From Thermoproteota archaeon (GTDB lineage Archaea > Thermoproteota > Thermoprotei_A > Sulfolobales > NBVN01), in NCBI GenBank assembly GCA_030550455.1, contig JAUQPH010000002.1, positions 100,950-164,949 on the forward strand: a stretch of 64,000 nucleotides of DNA, in the 5' to 3' direction. How positions within the stretch are numbered: position 1 is the stretch's first letter; every line of letters starts with the position of its first letter. The translations under genes and the position numbers were made by a program. Below the pieces are notes generated by a model. That model did not search any database, was not told the origin of the DNA, and worked only from the letters and a program-made list of their open reading frames with translations. Shown in pieces: positions 37,641 to 47,626 of the stretch.

Positions 37641-39399
37641 GATTAGAGAGGTAGTGCTAAAGCATGCTTTAAAGAACTCTATCGACCACGGAGGTAGAGC
37701 TCTAGAAAGTGCTGTAGTCAGTAGAGTCCTCGGGGAGTTACCTGAGCTTAGGAAGTACGCTAAGCAAATAGTAGAAGTAGTTAAAGAAGTAGTTAGCTTT
37801 GTGAATTCTCTCCCTATCGAGGAGCAAATTAAGATCGTTAAAGAGAGGTTTCCCGAGCTTTTTGAGGAGACTAAGCAAGTTGAGCGCAGAGAGGAAAGAG
37901 TTCTGCCTCCACTACCTGGAGTAGATAAGCACAAGGGAGTTAAAACTCGATTCGCACCCAACCCGGACTTCTACATACATTTGGGGAACGCCAGACCCGC
38001 CTTACTTAGTTACGAATATGCTAAAGAGTATAATGGAGTCTTCATTCTCAGATTTGAGGATACTGACCCTAGGATCAAGAAACCCCTTCCGGAGGCTTAC
38101 AAGGCTATTAGGGAAGACCTAAAGTGGTTGGGAATCTCCTGGGACGAAGAGTATATTCAGTCATTGAGGATGGAGCTGTATTACGAAGTCGCTAAAGAGC
38201 TTATCGCACGGGGTGGAGCTTACGTAGACTTGTGCAGACGTGAGGAGTTTAGAAAGCTTAAGCTCGAAAGGAAGCCGTGTCCTCATAGAGCTCAAAGTTC
38301 AGAAGAGTCTCTCGAGCTATTCGATAAGATGCTGTCCGGTTACTTCGCTGAGGGTGAGGCTGTAGTGAGGGTTAAGACGGACCTCACTAGTCATGATCCA
38401 TCACTAATAGATTGGGTTGCATTTAGGGTAGTGGATACCTCGAGGCATCCACACCCACTAACTGGGGATAGATACGTTGTTTGGCCGACATACAACTTTG
38501 CCGCCGGGGTCGACGATAAGCTTATGGGAGTCACTCACATACTTAGAGGTAAGGAACACGCTATTAACACTTTGAAACAGCTTTACGTCTACAGAGCATT
38601 AGGGTGGGAGTACCCAGAGGTAATAAACTTAGGTAGGCTAAGGCTCGAGGGAATGATCCTCAGCAAGAGTAAGATAAAGGAAGTCCTTAAGAAAGGTGGT
38701 AGTGTAGGAATCGATGACCCGAGGTTTGGGACACTAAGGTCGTTAAGGCGTCGGGGGATCCTCCCAGAGGTTATTAGAGAAATAATCATGGAGGTTGGAG
38801 TTAAGGGGACTGATGCCACTATCAGCTGGGAGAATATAGCGTCTTTGAATCGGAAAAAGATAGATCCGGTATCCCCTAGAGTCATGGCTGTATTCGATCC
38901 AGTGAAAGTTGTGATAAGAGACGTACCTAAAGAACACACTTTAAGAGTTTTAAAGCTAAGCTATCATCCGTCTAACACGTCTCTAGGATCTAGAGTTATT
39001 GACCTCGGTCTAGGAGATCAGGTCGAGGTTTACATCAGCAGAGAGGATTATAGCACGTTAAGTAGAGACGGCTACTTAAGGTTACTCGAGTTCTGCAACA
39101 TCGTGGTCGAGAGAGAGTATAGGGGATACGTGGAGGCCAGATTCATTGGGTCAGGACTAGAGCAGGCTAAGAAATCGGGCTTGAAGATAGTGCAGTGGGT
39201 TCCAGTGGTCGACCATATTAAGTTGGAGCTACTCAAGCCTGAGAAACTTAAGCTTAAAGTAATTCGTGGCATAGCTGAGAAAGCCATCGTGGAATTCCCA
39301 CCTGGTAAGCTTCTTCAGCTAGTTCGCATAGGCTTCATTAAGCTGGAGAAGGTTTCAGAGAGAAGGAGGCGGGTAAGAGCCATCTACGTGCACGACTAA
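37627..39399 (+). CDS. gltX: glutamyl-tRNA synthetase (archaeal/eukaryotic type)
   Basis: 590 aa; HIGH motif PDFYIHLGNARPAL, KMSKS-like ILSKSK, anticodon-binding beta-barrels. Confidence 0.95.
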   Translation: MEVDKIREVVLKHALKNSIDHGGRALESAVVSRVLGELPELRKYAKQIVEVVKEVVSFVNSLPIEEQIKIVKERFPELFEETKQVERREERVLPPLPGVDKHKGVKTRFAPNPDFYIHLGNARPALLSYEYAKEYNGVFILRFEDTDPRIKKPLPEAYKAIREDLKWLGISWDEEYIQSLRMELYYEVAKELIARGGAYVDLCRREEFRKLKLERKPCPHRAQSSEESLELFDKMLSGYFAEGEAVVRVKTDLTSHDPSLIDWVAFRVVDTSRHPHPLTGDRYVVWPTYNFAAGVDDKLMGVTHILRGKEHAINTLKQLYVYRALGWEYPEVINLGRLRLEGMILSKSKIKEVLKKGGSVGIDDPRFGTLRSLRRRGILPEVIREIIMEVGVKGTDATISWENIASLNRKKIDPVSPRVMAVFDPVKVVIRDVPKEHTLRVLKLSYHPSNTSLGSRVIDLGLGDQVEVYISREDYSTLSRDGYLRLLEFCNIVVEREYRGYVEARFIGSGLEQAKKSGLKIVQWVPVVDHIKLELLKPEKLKLKVIRGIAEKAIVEFPPGKLLQLVRIGFIKLEKVSERRRRVRAIYVHD

Positions 39400-39503
39400 G
39401 AGTAGAGAAGACAATGAAATGGCTTTAGTATGATGTGTTTATAGTTTAATTATTTAATTATTTTATAAGGTAAATGTTCTATTAAGGTGTTAGGGGTTAC
39501 TGT

Positions 39504-40385
39504 ATGGATCTAAGATTCCTAGACTTACCCGAACTCAGGCTGAAGTACTATGTTTTTGGTTCTGGAGGTTCTCCTCGAGCTCTGATTACGGCAGCTATTC
39601 ATGGTGATGAAGTTACTGGAGTGTTTGCTGCTTACAAGCTAATTGAATACCTCAGGCAGAAAGGTAGCGGTATTGCTGGGACAGCGATTATCATACCAGT
39701 AGTTAACGTGCTAGGGTTTAATGCTAGAACGAGGTTTAACCCTGTAGACTACGTGGATATGAACAGAGTTTTTCCTGAAGGTGCGGGTTCGGCAATTACC
39801 AAAAAGATAGTTAAGTTCGTGTGGGAGCTGGCGTCTTCATCTGACTACGTACTCGACCTCCACTGCGCTGGTTTAAACTCTTACCAATACATTCTCGCCC
39901 TACACAAGGAGTTCCCAAAGGTGAGGGAGTTTGCTAATATCATCCCGTGGGATACAGTCGTAGAGTCTACGGGAACACGCGGGCAGCTGTTTGTTGAAGC
40001 AACACATAGAGGAATTCCAGCCGTAATAATTGAGACTAGAGGAGGTGACGGTTACTACGATAGAGAGTGGGGTGAAGAACTGTATAGAGTTACCCTAGGA
40101 ATGCTAGTAAACCTTGGGGTAGTTAGCGATAGTAGCGTCTCTACTTACTCAAAGACAGAAAAGACCTACTATGGTAAGTTAGTTCATGTGAAAACTCCTG
40201 TGGAGGGTTTCCCGGAGTTTATCGTAGAGCCGGGAGCGTTCGTAATGAAAGGTGATGTCCTAAGTCAGGTTAGTGGAGAGACTATTCGATCACCTGTCTC
40301 GGGTAAGGTCATTCGAGTTGAGAGAAACACATTTGTATTTAGTGATAGTAGCGTAGCTAGTATAGCACCATTTGAAGAGCAGTAA
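39504..40385 (+). CDS. succinylglutamate desuccinylase/aspartoacylase-family zinc hydrolase
   Basis: 293 aa; HGDEVTG zinc site, DLHCAG, E at IIETRGG, C-terminal hybrid-barrel motif. Confidence 0.75.
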   Translation: MDLRFLDLPELRLKYYVFGSGGSPRALITAAIHGDEVTGVFAAYKLIEYLRQKGSGIAGTAIIIPVVNVLGFNARTRFNPVDYVDMNRVFPEGAGSAITKKIVKFVWELASSSDYVLDLHCAGLNSYQYILALHKEFPKVREFANIIPWDTVVESTGTRGQLFVEATHRGIPAVIIETRGGDGYYDREWGEELYRVTLGMLVNLGVVSDSSVSTYSKTEKTYYGKLVHVKTPVEGFPEFIVEPGAFVMKGDVLSQVSGETIRSPVSGKVIRVERNTFVFSDSSVASIAPFEEQ

Positions 40386-40411
40386 TACGTAACTTGAAGT
40401 CCTAGGAAACT

Positions 40412-40810
40412 GTGATTACCCGCCCTAAGAAGACGTACAGAAACCTTGGGACGGGAAACGGTGGAAGAGGTTGGTTATCTGCCCCCAGTACCTTTTTTAA
40501 AAGTTTATCTTTAGGTGGGGGCGTAGTGTCCTGCGAGAGTCTATGGTTGTTAACTAAGAGACCTATTGAAGTCAAGGCTTTAGACATTATTCGGGCTGTT
40601 GTAGTAGCCTGTAATCCGAGTAAGACTAGAGTGGTAGAGGAGTTTTCCGGTGGAGCCCTGAAGGTTTTTGTAGAGATAGTGTCGAAGGAGCCGTGTGCTG
40701 ATTATTTATCGCCAATACTCAGGTACGTCCTAGGTGAAGACACGAGAATCGTTTCCTCAGAGTGTGGTAGTGTCCCTTTACTCTACGCCTCCACAGGTCA
40801 AGTAGGATAG
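40412..40810 (+). CDS. hypothetical small protein upstream of the ATPase
   Basis: ORF of 132 codons, but the first about 45 codons look non-protein-like and overlap an antisense ORF. A shorter product of about 85 aa is likely. The stop lies 2 nt before the ATPase start. Confidence 0.3.
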   Translation: MITRPKKTYRNLGTGNGGRGWLSAPSTFFKSLSLGGGVVSCESLWLLTKRPIEVKALDIIRAVVVACNPSKTRVVEEFSGGALKVFVEIVSKEPCADYLSPILRYVLGEDTRIVSSECGSVPLLYASTGQVG

Positions 40811-40812
40811 AA

Positions 40813-41802
40813 GTGGTTTACTCAACGTACAACAGCTCGAACGAGATTGAGGATGGTGTGCTACTGGGAAGAACCTCTACTCCTCCTAGGATACCGATTT
40901 ATGTGAAGCAGGCGGACTTCTTGAGGCACTGCTTGATAGTTGGAACCACTGGTTCAGGAAAGACGAGTCTAGCTATGAAGCTTGCTAATGAGTTAAAGCG
41001 TTACGGTGCTTCTGTTGTTCTAGACTGGTACGGTGAATATTCGCGTGTTGGAGACTACATTGTTGACGTCGGCGTGGGGGAACCTGTCGCAATACCCATC
41101 GAAGACCCTCTGGATGCGGTGTTTCTACTTGAGGAGGTATTAGACCTTAGTTCTCCTCAGGCTTATCTACTAGCTAAGCTACTGAAAAAACCGAAAGACC
41201 TCGAGAGAGTGATCGACCTAATAGAGACGTACGAGCCCGAGGCTCGATGGGAAGTTGAGACGAAGGCTTCGTTGATGAGAAAGGTATCGCTACTACTTAA
41301 ATACGGAAAGGTGTTTAAGGTAGTTCAGCCTAGCGAAGTAGATAGATTAGTGGAGTTCTCTAAGGGTAGGTTAACAGTCTTTAATTTAAGCAATCTAAAG
41401 ACCCTAGAGCTTAGGCGCTTAGTAGCTCTTGGTGTGCTAAATGCTGTTAAGTACTTAAAAGAGCGTGGAGTGTTTAAGGACAGCGTTTTCGTCGTAGTAG
41501 AGGAGGCACACAACGTTATGGCCAAAAGCAAGTTCCTGCAGAAATATCTAGCAGAGGTTAGAAAACTTGGAATAGGTTTAATAGTGGTAACCCAGTCCCC
41601 AGCTGGGTTAGACTACGAGATTATGAATAATACTAATATCAAGGTTGTTAAAGCTTTAAAGTCTGCTGACGACATATCCGCAATCTCTAAGTCGATGAAT
41701 CTCGATGCCAAAGTAGCTTCGCTAATCAACAAGCTAGGGTATAACGAAGCCGTCGTCGAGGCACCATCTCTAATTGAACCCATCCTCATAGAGCTCACAT
41801 AG
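40813..41802 (+). CDS. HerA/FtsK-like P-loop ATPase (DUF87-type)
   Basis: 329 aa; Walker A IVGTTGSGKTS, Walker B VFVVVEEAHN, VVTQSP. Confidence 0.7.
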   Translation: MVYSTYNSSNEIEDGVLLGRTSTPPRIPIYVKQADFLRHCLIVGTTGSGKTSLAMKLANELKRYGASVVLDWYGEYSRVGDYIVDVGVGEPVAIPIEDPLDAVFLLEEVLDLSSPQAYLLAKLLKKPKDLERVIDLIETYEPEARWEVETKASLMRKVSLLLKYGKVFKVVQPSEVDRLVEFSKGRLTVFNLSNLKTLELRRLVALGVLNAVKYLKERGVFKDSVFVVVEEAHNVMAKSKFLQKYLAEVRKLGIGLIVVTQSPAGLDYEIMNNTNIKVVKALKSADDISAISKSMNLDAKVASLINKLGYNEAVVEAPSLIEPILIELT

Positions 41803-41892
41803 AGTCGGGAGCAGAACCTCGAGCTACTGCTCGACTCTCATTACTTAAGGATGTAAAGTTCTCGGTTGCCGACGATTACTTCACTCCTTTAC

Positions 41893-43176
41893 CTATAGGT
41901 CTACGAGGTATCCCCTCAGGTCGTAAAAAGTTGCTGCTATTACACGAGCTATGTGCTCCGATCCTATCGTCTCGCCTGTGTTGCTGTTGAGGAGTACTAC
42001 GGGCTTGTAGTTTATAGTCCTACCCATAGTGCTCCCGCGAATGCTCTTATGCGTTACTATCACATTAGCCATAGAGTTCAAGTACTCGCGGTTTATACTG
42101 ATACCTACTTCTTCAACTATTTTACTGAGAGCTATCGATCTCGACTTCTTTACGTGCTCGGGTACCTGGTCCATGGCTGCAGACAGCGTACGAGGTCTTA
42201 TAGTATATTGGGCTATGTGCACCTTATCGAACTGTAGTTCGACTATCGCTGTAGCAGTTCTCTGGAAGGCATCTTCATCCTCTCCGGGGTGTCCCACGAT
42301 CACGTCTGTCGCTATAGTTATGCCGAGAATCTTCCTTCTGAGCTCTCGAACGATTTCCCTAAAGTCGTCGTAGGTGTACTTTCTCCTCATGATCTTTAGG
42401 ATCCTGTCATCAGCTGACTGAAGTGGTATATGCACGTACTTATAAACGCGCGGCTCATTGAGCACCTCAACGACGTCGTCAATAAGCTCAGCTATGGTAT
42501 CGGGGTTAGCCATCCCTATTCTCAGCATGTATTTGCCTGGCACTCTTTCCACGATCTCCCTAACTAAGTCCGGAAGTCTAACGTCTCCTAGGTCTAAACC
42601 ATAAGACCCGGTATCTTGAGCAGTTAGCTCTATCTCAACCGCACCGCTCTTTACGGCCTCTTCAACAGCTTTAACTATAACTCCCGGTTTATACGACCGC
42701 AACCTCCTCCTGGCTAGCTTAGTCAAGCAGAATGAGCAATCACCGATACACCCCTCAGCTATCGGAACAGCTGCGATAGCGCCATCTACGTAAGGCCTTA
42801 GGTAGGATACATCTCTCTCACCGAGTAATGCGTCTGTACCGCTTTCTATGACTTCAGCTAACTTCGTGATATTCTGAGGAGATAGGAGTATAGCTCCTGG
42901 AGCTACTCTCTTGACGGTATATGGTTGAGCAGCAGCCATACAGCCTGCTACAACGATCTTCTTAGAGTTTCCGAAGCGCTTATAGAGGTAGGAGAGTCTC
43001 CTGAGCATTCTCAACTCGGTATCTAATCTTACCGTACACGTGTTCACAACTATGACGTCGGCTTCTTCAATATGTCTACTTATTCGATAACCTTTCTCAC
43101 ACACTAGAGACATCATTAAGGCAGTATCCGCCCTGTTTAGAGCACAACCGTATGTTTCGAAGTACACTAGCACCAT
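41893..43176 (-). CDS. radical SAM methylthiotransferase, archaeal MiaB-like/CDKAL1 type (t6A37 methylthiolation)
   Basis: 427 aa; UPF0004 N domain (ETYGCALN ... NTCTV ... GCM), radical SAM CIGDCSFC, C-terminal TRAM-like domain. Confidence 0.85.
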   Translation of the reverse strand: MVLVYFETYGCALNRADTALMMSLVCEKGYRISRHIEEADVIVVNTCTVRLDTELRMLRRLSYLYKRFGNSKKIVVAGCMAAAQPYTVKRVAPGAILLSPQNITKLAEVIESGTDALLGERDVSYLRPYVDGAIAAVPIAEGCIGDCSFCLTKLARRRLRSYKPGVIVKAVEEAVKSGAVEIELTAQDTGSYGLDLGDVRLPDLVREIVERVPGKYMLRIGMANPDTIAELIDDVVEVLNEPRVYKYVHIPLQSADDRILKIMRRKYTYDDFREIVRELRRKILGITIATDVIVGHPGEDEDAFQRTATAIVELQFDKVHIAQYTIRPRTLSAAMDQVPEHVKKSRSIALSKIVEEVGISINREYLNSMANVIVTHKSIRGSTMGRTINYKPVVLLNSNTGETIGSEHIARVIAATFYDLRGYLVDL

Positions 43177-43503
43177 CAGTCTACCAAAAACCTTTAGTGA
43201 AATACACCTTTTGTATACTCGCTCTCACTAAACTCAAAGGAATTAAGTACTTCCAACGCACTCTCGGTCTCTTTACCTTTAGTATATTACAAAACTTCAA
43301 GGTTAACTATTGTTGTGTAAAACAGCTAGACCTCTACCTTTCTCTGGGTGCGGACTACTCAAGGAGTTCTGAGAGTCTCCAAGGTTGGCTCAAACGCTAG
43401 TGACAGCGGAAGCTAAATAAGATGCTGTGTGATCACTATAATGCGACGCGTGAATAATACTATAGAAAAGCCTGCGTAGCTTGTTAACTATAAACTTATA
43501 GGT

Positions 43504-44250
43504 ATGTTAGTGTTTAATAGCTTTATAACTACGTTCTTATTTGGTGGAATAATGCCTAGATTAAGCTCTGGATTTGTGATAGCTGGAGCGTATGCCGATA
43601 AATTGAGAAAAACAGCATTCGCACTACTTAGAGACGCTATGAAGGAGGGAGTTATAAAGAGTGGCGATGTAGCTTACGCAGTTGGTCAACTCAATAAGCT
43701 CCTCTACAGTATACTAGTAGAAGGCCTTAAGGTAGATAAAGGAGATGTTGTTAGAATAATGATAGACTACGAAGTTTCTCCAGGTAAATTAGAGTGGAAG
43801 CTGGATACAATCAAAGTAGAAGTATTTAGGAGGGTTCCAGAAAGCGAAGTCGAGGTAGTTCTAAAGTCTTTCCTACCTAAAGCTGAAAAAATAATGACTG
43901 GTATAGTTGAGTACTCTATAGAAAAGCTAGGTGAGACAGAGGATGGTGACGTTGTTCTCGCTATAAAGCTTGGAGATATGGAAGTCGGAGCTCTCGTTCT
44001 CACTCCTATTAACGAGGAATTCGTCTATATAAAGAAAGCAGCAGTTGTAGCACCTACGCCTATGGTTGTAGAGAAGCAGAAGGTACCATTAAATGGGAAA
44101 ACAGTTGAAGAAGCTCTAAAAAGTAACATAGGTATTTTAACAACAGCAGCTAGGCATGTCTTAGATGAGGAGGCCAGGAAACTCTATGAATTCATTAAGA
44201 AGAGAGTAATTCCTACAGCTGTTGTCGAGAGATTAAGGGAGGAAGAGTAG
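43504..44250 (+). CDS. conserved archaeal hypothetical protein (possibly DUF2258)
   Basis: 248 aa, soluble; no catalytic motif recognised. The start is probably at the internal MPRLSSG. Confidence 0.35.
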   Translation: MLVFNSFITTFLFGGIMPRLSSGFVIAGAYADKLRKTAFALLRDAMKEGVIKSGDVAYAVGQLNKLLYSILVEGLKVDKGDVVRIMIDYEVSPGKLEWKLDTIKVEVFRRVPESEVEVVLKSFLPKAEKIMTGIVEYSIEKLGETEDGDVVLAIKLGDMEVGALVLTPINEEFVYIKKAAVVAPTPMVVEKQKVPLNGKTVEEALKSNIGILTTAARHVLDEEARKLYEFIKKRVIPTAVVERLREEE

Positions 44251-45358
44251 GGTATATTTCTTCGAATCTCCTAATCGCTTTTTTAAATAATTCGTGACCT
44301 ACCGTTAAAATCCCCTCCCTGTCTAGCACTATGTCATCTCCTACAACTACAGTCTCAATTGGTGCGTCTCCCTCTAAAACCGCTCTTATGGCTGAGTGAA
44401 GAGAGCGGGGTAGAGGCCATCCGGGAGGTTCTGATAGATTGTAGACAACTATGCTACCCCTACTGCCCTCTCTGAGCGTAGAGCTCTCCCGTTGATCGAT
44501 AAGTTCTGAAGTAGTTTTTGTTCCAGATAGAAGCGCATCTACTGGGTCAGCGCTATGAGACCAGAGTATTTCTTTTACTACTTCACGTACACTATAGGAA
44601 GGTCTTACCCCGATACCTATTCCACTATCTCTCTTCCAATTCCGCAACATCCTACCGTAGTAAATAACTGGGAAGCTCGTGTCGAGCACCGGGTTTACGG
44701 CGATGATTTTAGCGTTTTCAGTATTCTTTGGAGGTTCTTTTTCTAATTCTAGTGCGTATATAGGAATATTCGCTTCCTTAGCAAGAGCTATGTGGTCTTC
44801 CTTAATCTCTCTACACACCGCAAATCCTACTTTAACTCCCTCAACTCTTCCATGCCATCTTCCAAGGAGAAGCTTTAGCTCGTTCAGCTGCTGCTGATCA
44901 TCTAGACCGCAGTTTAATGGTGGTGCTAAAGTTACGTTTACACCAACGTCCCTAGAGGCTCTGGCGACCTCGTCCAAGTAAGTGTCCACTACTAGTACTT
45001 CTGTAACACCTTTACTAACTAACTCGGCTAGAGAGAGCACCGAAATAAAGTACATGTCTGTTCTCTTGATAGTCTTAGCTAATTCCTTCATCAAAAACCA
45101 GTCTACATCATCTAAACCGTATCTCAAGGGGTACAGACTCAACACTGTAAACCCTGATGCAAAGCCCTTGGCAACAAGTCTGCCCGCACCTCCCAGTAAG
45201 AGTTCGGGATAAAGCAGTTCGTCGGGTGCTTGACCAGCTCCAAGAGACTTTATGAGGCCGTTTTCCATATATAGATAACCGGTACTTATGTAGCTTATAC
45301 CTCCATCTACGACTAAAACTGAGGCACCGTCTATGAGTACCTTGACCACGACTCCCAC
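44213..45358 (-). CDS. amidohydrolase-fold related protein; canonical HxH metal motif not evident
   Basis: 381 aa; N-terminal beta-sandwich pattern (VLIDGASVLVVDGG ... ENGLIKSLG) and C-terminal VVVGDDIVLDREG typical of amidohydrolases, but PGFxxxHxH is replaced by KGFASGFTV. Confidence 0.4.
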   Translation of the reverse strand: MGVVVKVLIDGASVLVVDGGISYISTGYLYMENGLIKSLGAGQAPDELLYPELLLGGAGRLVAKGFASGFTVLSLYPLRYGLDDVDWFLMKELAKTIKRTDMYFISVLSLAELVSKGVTEVLVVDTYLDEVARASRDVGVNVTLAPPLNCGLDDQQQLNELKLLLGRWHGRVEGVKVGFAVCREIKEDHIALAKEANIPIYALELEKEPPKNTENAKIIAVNPVLDTSFPVIYYGRMLRNWKRDSGIGIGVRPSYSVREVVKEILWSHSADPVDALLSGTKTTSELIDQRESSTLREGSRGSIVVYNLSEPPGWPLPRSLHSAIRAVLEGDAPIETVVVGDDIVLDREGILTVGHELFKKAIRRFEEIYPTLPPLISRQQL

Positions 45359-45379
45359 CTTCTCACTGCACTATTTCTT

Positions 45380-46231
45380 CTAGGTACTTCCGGAGATAAG
45401 TCGTACGGAAAGATACTTTTTGCCCCTAAGCTCCCGCAGTTTGTCCCACTCATAAAGTATTTTTACTGCCTCGTTAGCGACTCTAACTAAGTCGACTATA
45501 CCTGCTTGAGGATCAAACTCGTCAGTAACTCTATTAGCGATAGCAGCACATACAGCACCGGCTCTTGCACCATATATGTTGGATAGAGTGAACAACGTAG
45601 ATGCCTCCATTTCGAAGTTGAGGACGTTTAGCTCTCTGAGTCTGTGCTCAACCCCTTTCCATTTCTGCGGTAGGTAGCCTCTAAAGCCCGGTCTTCCCTG
45701 ACCAACGTAGAAGCTATCACTACTAGCTGTTATACCCACATGGTATCTAACACCCAGACTTTCTGCCGCCTCTACAAGAGCGAGTAAGACGTCATAGCTT
45801 GCGACAGCTGGGTACTCCGGGTCAGCATAGGATTTGCTGGTTCCATCCATCCTCACAGCTGCTGTTGAAATTATTAAATCACCCAGCCTTATGTAGTCCT
45901 GAAGAGCTCCCGTTGTACCGACTCGAATAAAGGTATCTGCTCCAACTCTAAGTAGTTCTTCTACGACTATAGCTGTAGAAGGTCCACCGATACCTGTAGA
46001 TGTAGCTGCTAAGGCAACACCTTTGTAAATGCCAGCATACGTAACGAACCCTCTATGCTCTGCTACTAGTCTGCTCTGATCCCAGAAGCTGGCGATCAGT
46101 GGGACTCTCCCCGGATCTCCCGGAAGAAGGACATACCTCGGGATATCGCCGGGTTTGAGGTGTATGTGGTACTGCAGACCCTCCGGTGTTACAGGCTCTT
46201 TAGCGGACTTAAACATCAGTAAACACCCCAC
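45380..46231 (-). CDS. nucleoside phosphorylase, PNP/UDP family 1 (uridine or purine nucleoside phosphorylase)
   Basis: 283 aa; GDPGR, STGIGGPS, RVGTTGAL, EMEAS motifs. Confidence 0.85.
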   Translation of the reverse strand: MGCLLMFKSAKEPVTPEGLQYHIHLKPGDIPRYVLLPGDPGRVPLIASFWDQSRLVAEHRGFVTYAGIYKGVALAATSTGIGGPSTAIVVEELLRVGADTFIRVGTTGALQDYIRLGDLIISTAAVRMDGTSKSYADPEYPAVASYDVLLALVEAAESLGVRYHVGITASSDSFYVGQGRPGFRGYLPQKWKGVEHRLRELNVLNFEMEASTLFTLSNIYGARAGAVCAAIANRVTDEFDPQAGIVDLVRVANEAVKILYEWDKLRELRGKKYLSVRLISGST

Positions 46232-46329
46232 ACCTACGGTATTCTTAATTACCGAGGTTTTAAAGTGGGTTAAGTTTTTCTATAGCAACACTTTCAGACC
46301 TAGAGCTACCGCACATACAAAATAATACT

Positions 46330-46542
46330 GGGGTTCGGGTTTCATACTAGTCGACGTGGTCTGATGTCAACCCCGGCTTCACAGACACCAGCCCTCCCTC
46401 ACTGAGTTCACGCCTTTGGGAAGCCCCATACCTCGGCTTTGAATGCCCTGTCTACTCGGGTCTTCATCACGTACCAGCATCGTGGACAAGCTAGATCTCG
46501 ATAAAGTACCAACCTTTATGAGCTTTCATAAAACCCAAAACA
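46330..46542 (+). repeat. dispersed intergenic element family, copy H (diverged)
   Basis: GGGGTTCGGG..TCTGATGTCAACCCCGGCTTCACAG..CCCTCCCTCA aligns with the copy A left part; ends ACCAACCTTTATGAGCTTTCATAAAACCCAAAACA (compare TCAACCAATACGAACAGATATGAAAAACGAAACA). Confidence 0.45.
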
Positions 46543-46646
46543 GCTACGCTAGGGCATGACTCAAACTCTAAAGGGGATGCGAGAGTTAAAAAACATGTGT
46601 TGTGCGAAAACTTTTCCACGTCGATGGTTTATTGCTTGGAGAGCTA

Positions 46647-47039
46647 CTAAGCGGCTTTTGCTCTTAAGTCCTGGAACACTCTAGTAAGTTCCTCAACTAG
46701 GTCTTTAGCGGCTGCGGGTTCCAGTATAGCTACGGAAGCTGCTGCTACTTGGATTCCGGCTACTTCTCCAAGTCTCTTCTTGCTGGGTACGTAGATGTAT
46801 GGAACCTTCTTTTCGTCGCAGAGATACGGTAAGTGTAGTACAACTTCTGGTGGATCGACGTCAACAGCTATTACGACGAGCTTAGCTTGTCCTCTCTCAA
46901 CAGCTTTAGTAGTTTCGTTCGTGCCTTTCTTGATCTTACCTCCAGATTCTCTAGCTTTCTTGACTGCCTCATAGGCTTTTTCTGCTACTTCCGGTGGTAC
47001 ATCAAACCTTACGTGAGACGGTCTCTTGCTCATCCTCAT
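46647..47039 (-). CDS. rpl7ae: ribosomal protein L7Ae (K-turn binding; also a C/D and H/ACA sRNP component)
   Basis: 130 aa; [43 protein letters not shown]. Confidence 0.95.
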   Translation of the reverse strand: MRMSKRPSHVRFDVPPEVAEKAYEAVKKARESGGKIKKGTNETTKAVERGQAKLVVIAVDVDPPEVVLHLPYLCDEKKVPYIYVPSKKRLGEVAGIQVAAASVAILEPAAAKDLVEELTRVFQDLRAKAA

Positions 47040-47344
47040 CCCCCTTTCGTCGCCTCATAAAGTAGTTACACACTCTTTTAAGCTTTTGACTCGCGCACTC
47101 AAGAACCTTTAGACGCTGGTTCGACATACGAGTAGGAGAGATAATGAAGTTATGAAGAGACTTCATACACCAGCCTAGTACGGTTGTGAGAGCATTAATG
47201 TAGTTTAACTAGACGTGAGTAGCTGCACTAACTAGTGCTTAAGCGTCTTAACGTATTGACGCCTCAATTAGGCAAAGAACGGAGAATCCGCACTCCAGTA
47301 CCCTTAAGATCAGGTGACCATCTCGGTGACATTTGCTAAAATTT

Positions 47345-47385
47345 CTGTTTAATTTTAATTTTATTCTCTCTGTAGATATTGGTTG
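47345..47385 (-). repeat. possible solo terminus of the dispersed element family
   Basis: CTGTTTAATTTTAATTTTATTCTCTCTGTAGATATTGGTTG resembles the inverted family right end CTGTTTCGTTTTTCATATCTGTTCGTATTGGTTG; no recognisable core follows. Confidence 0.3.
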
Positions 47386-47626
47386 CGCATCGATAGATTT
47401 AAGCGGCATCTGCGATTCTTGCGTAAAGAGGCTGGTGACCGCTGTCTACTTATAATTAGGTGATGTTCTACTATTGCCACTACTATTAGAATTTAGAAAA
47501 TAGGATTTAGAGTGATGTAGGAAACAGTAAGACAAATCTAAGGAGTATAGTAGCTGTAGACTGCTCAGCAGTGTAAAGGACGTTAACTTAGATATAGTGC
47601 TGGTACTATAGGTATTTTGGGGTCGT

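Noticed and set aside
41803-41840. Hairpin AGTCG-G-GAGCAG...CTGCTC-GACT between the convergent ATPase and MiaB-like genes
   Set aside because: Short stem with a 12-nt loop between convergent genes. It is most simply a transcript 3'-end structure and is not distinctive enough to report as a finding.
46330-46560. Structured-looking 230-nt intergenic segment next to the L7Ae gene, first suspected to be a housekeeping RNA (SRP, RNase P or a K-turn RNA)
   Set aside because: It aligns block by block to the dispersed element family (copy H) and lacks SRP or RNase P signature motifs. A GTGATGA on the minus strand has no correctly spaced CTGA partner.
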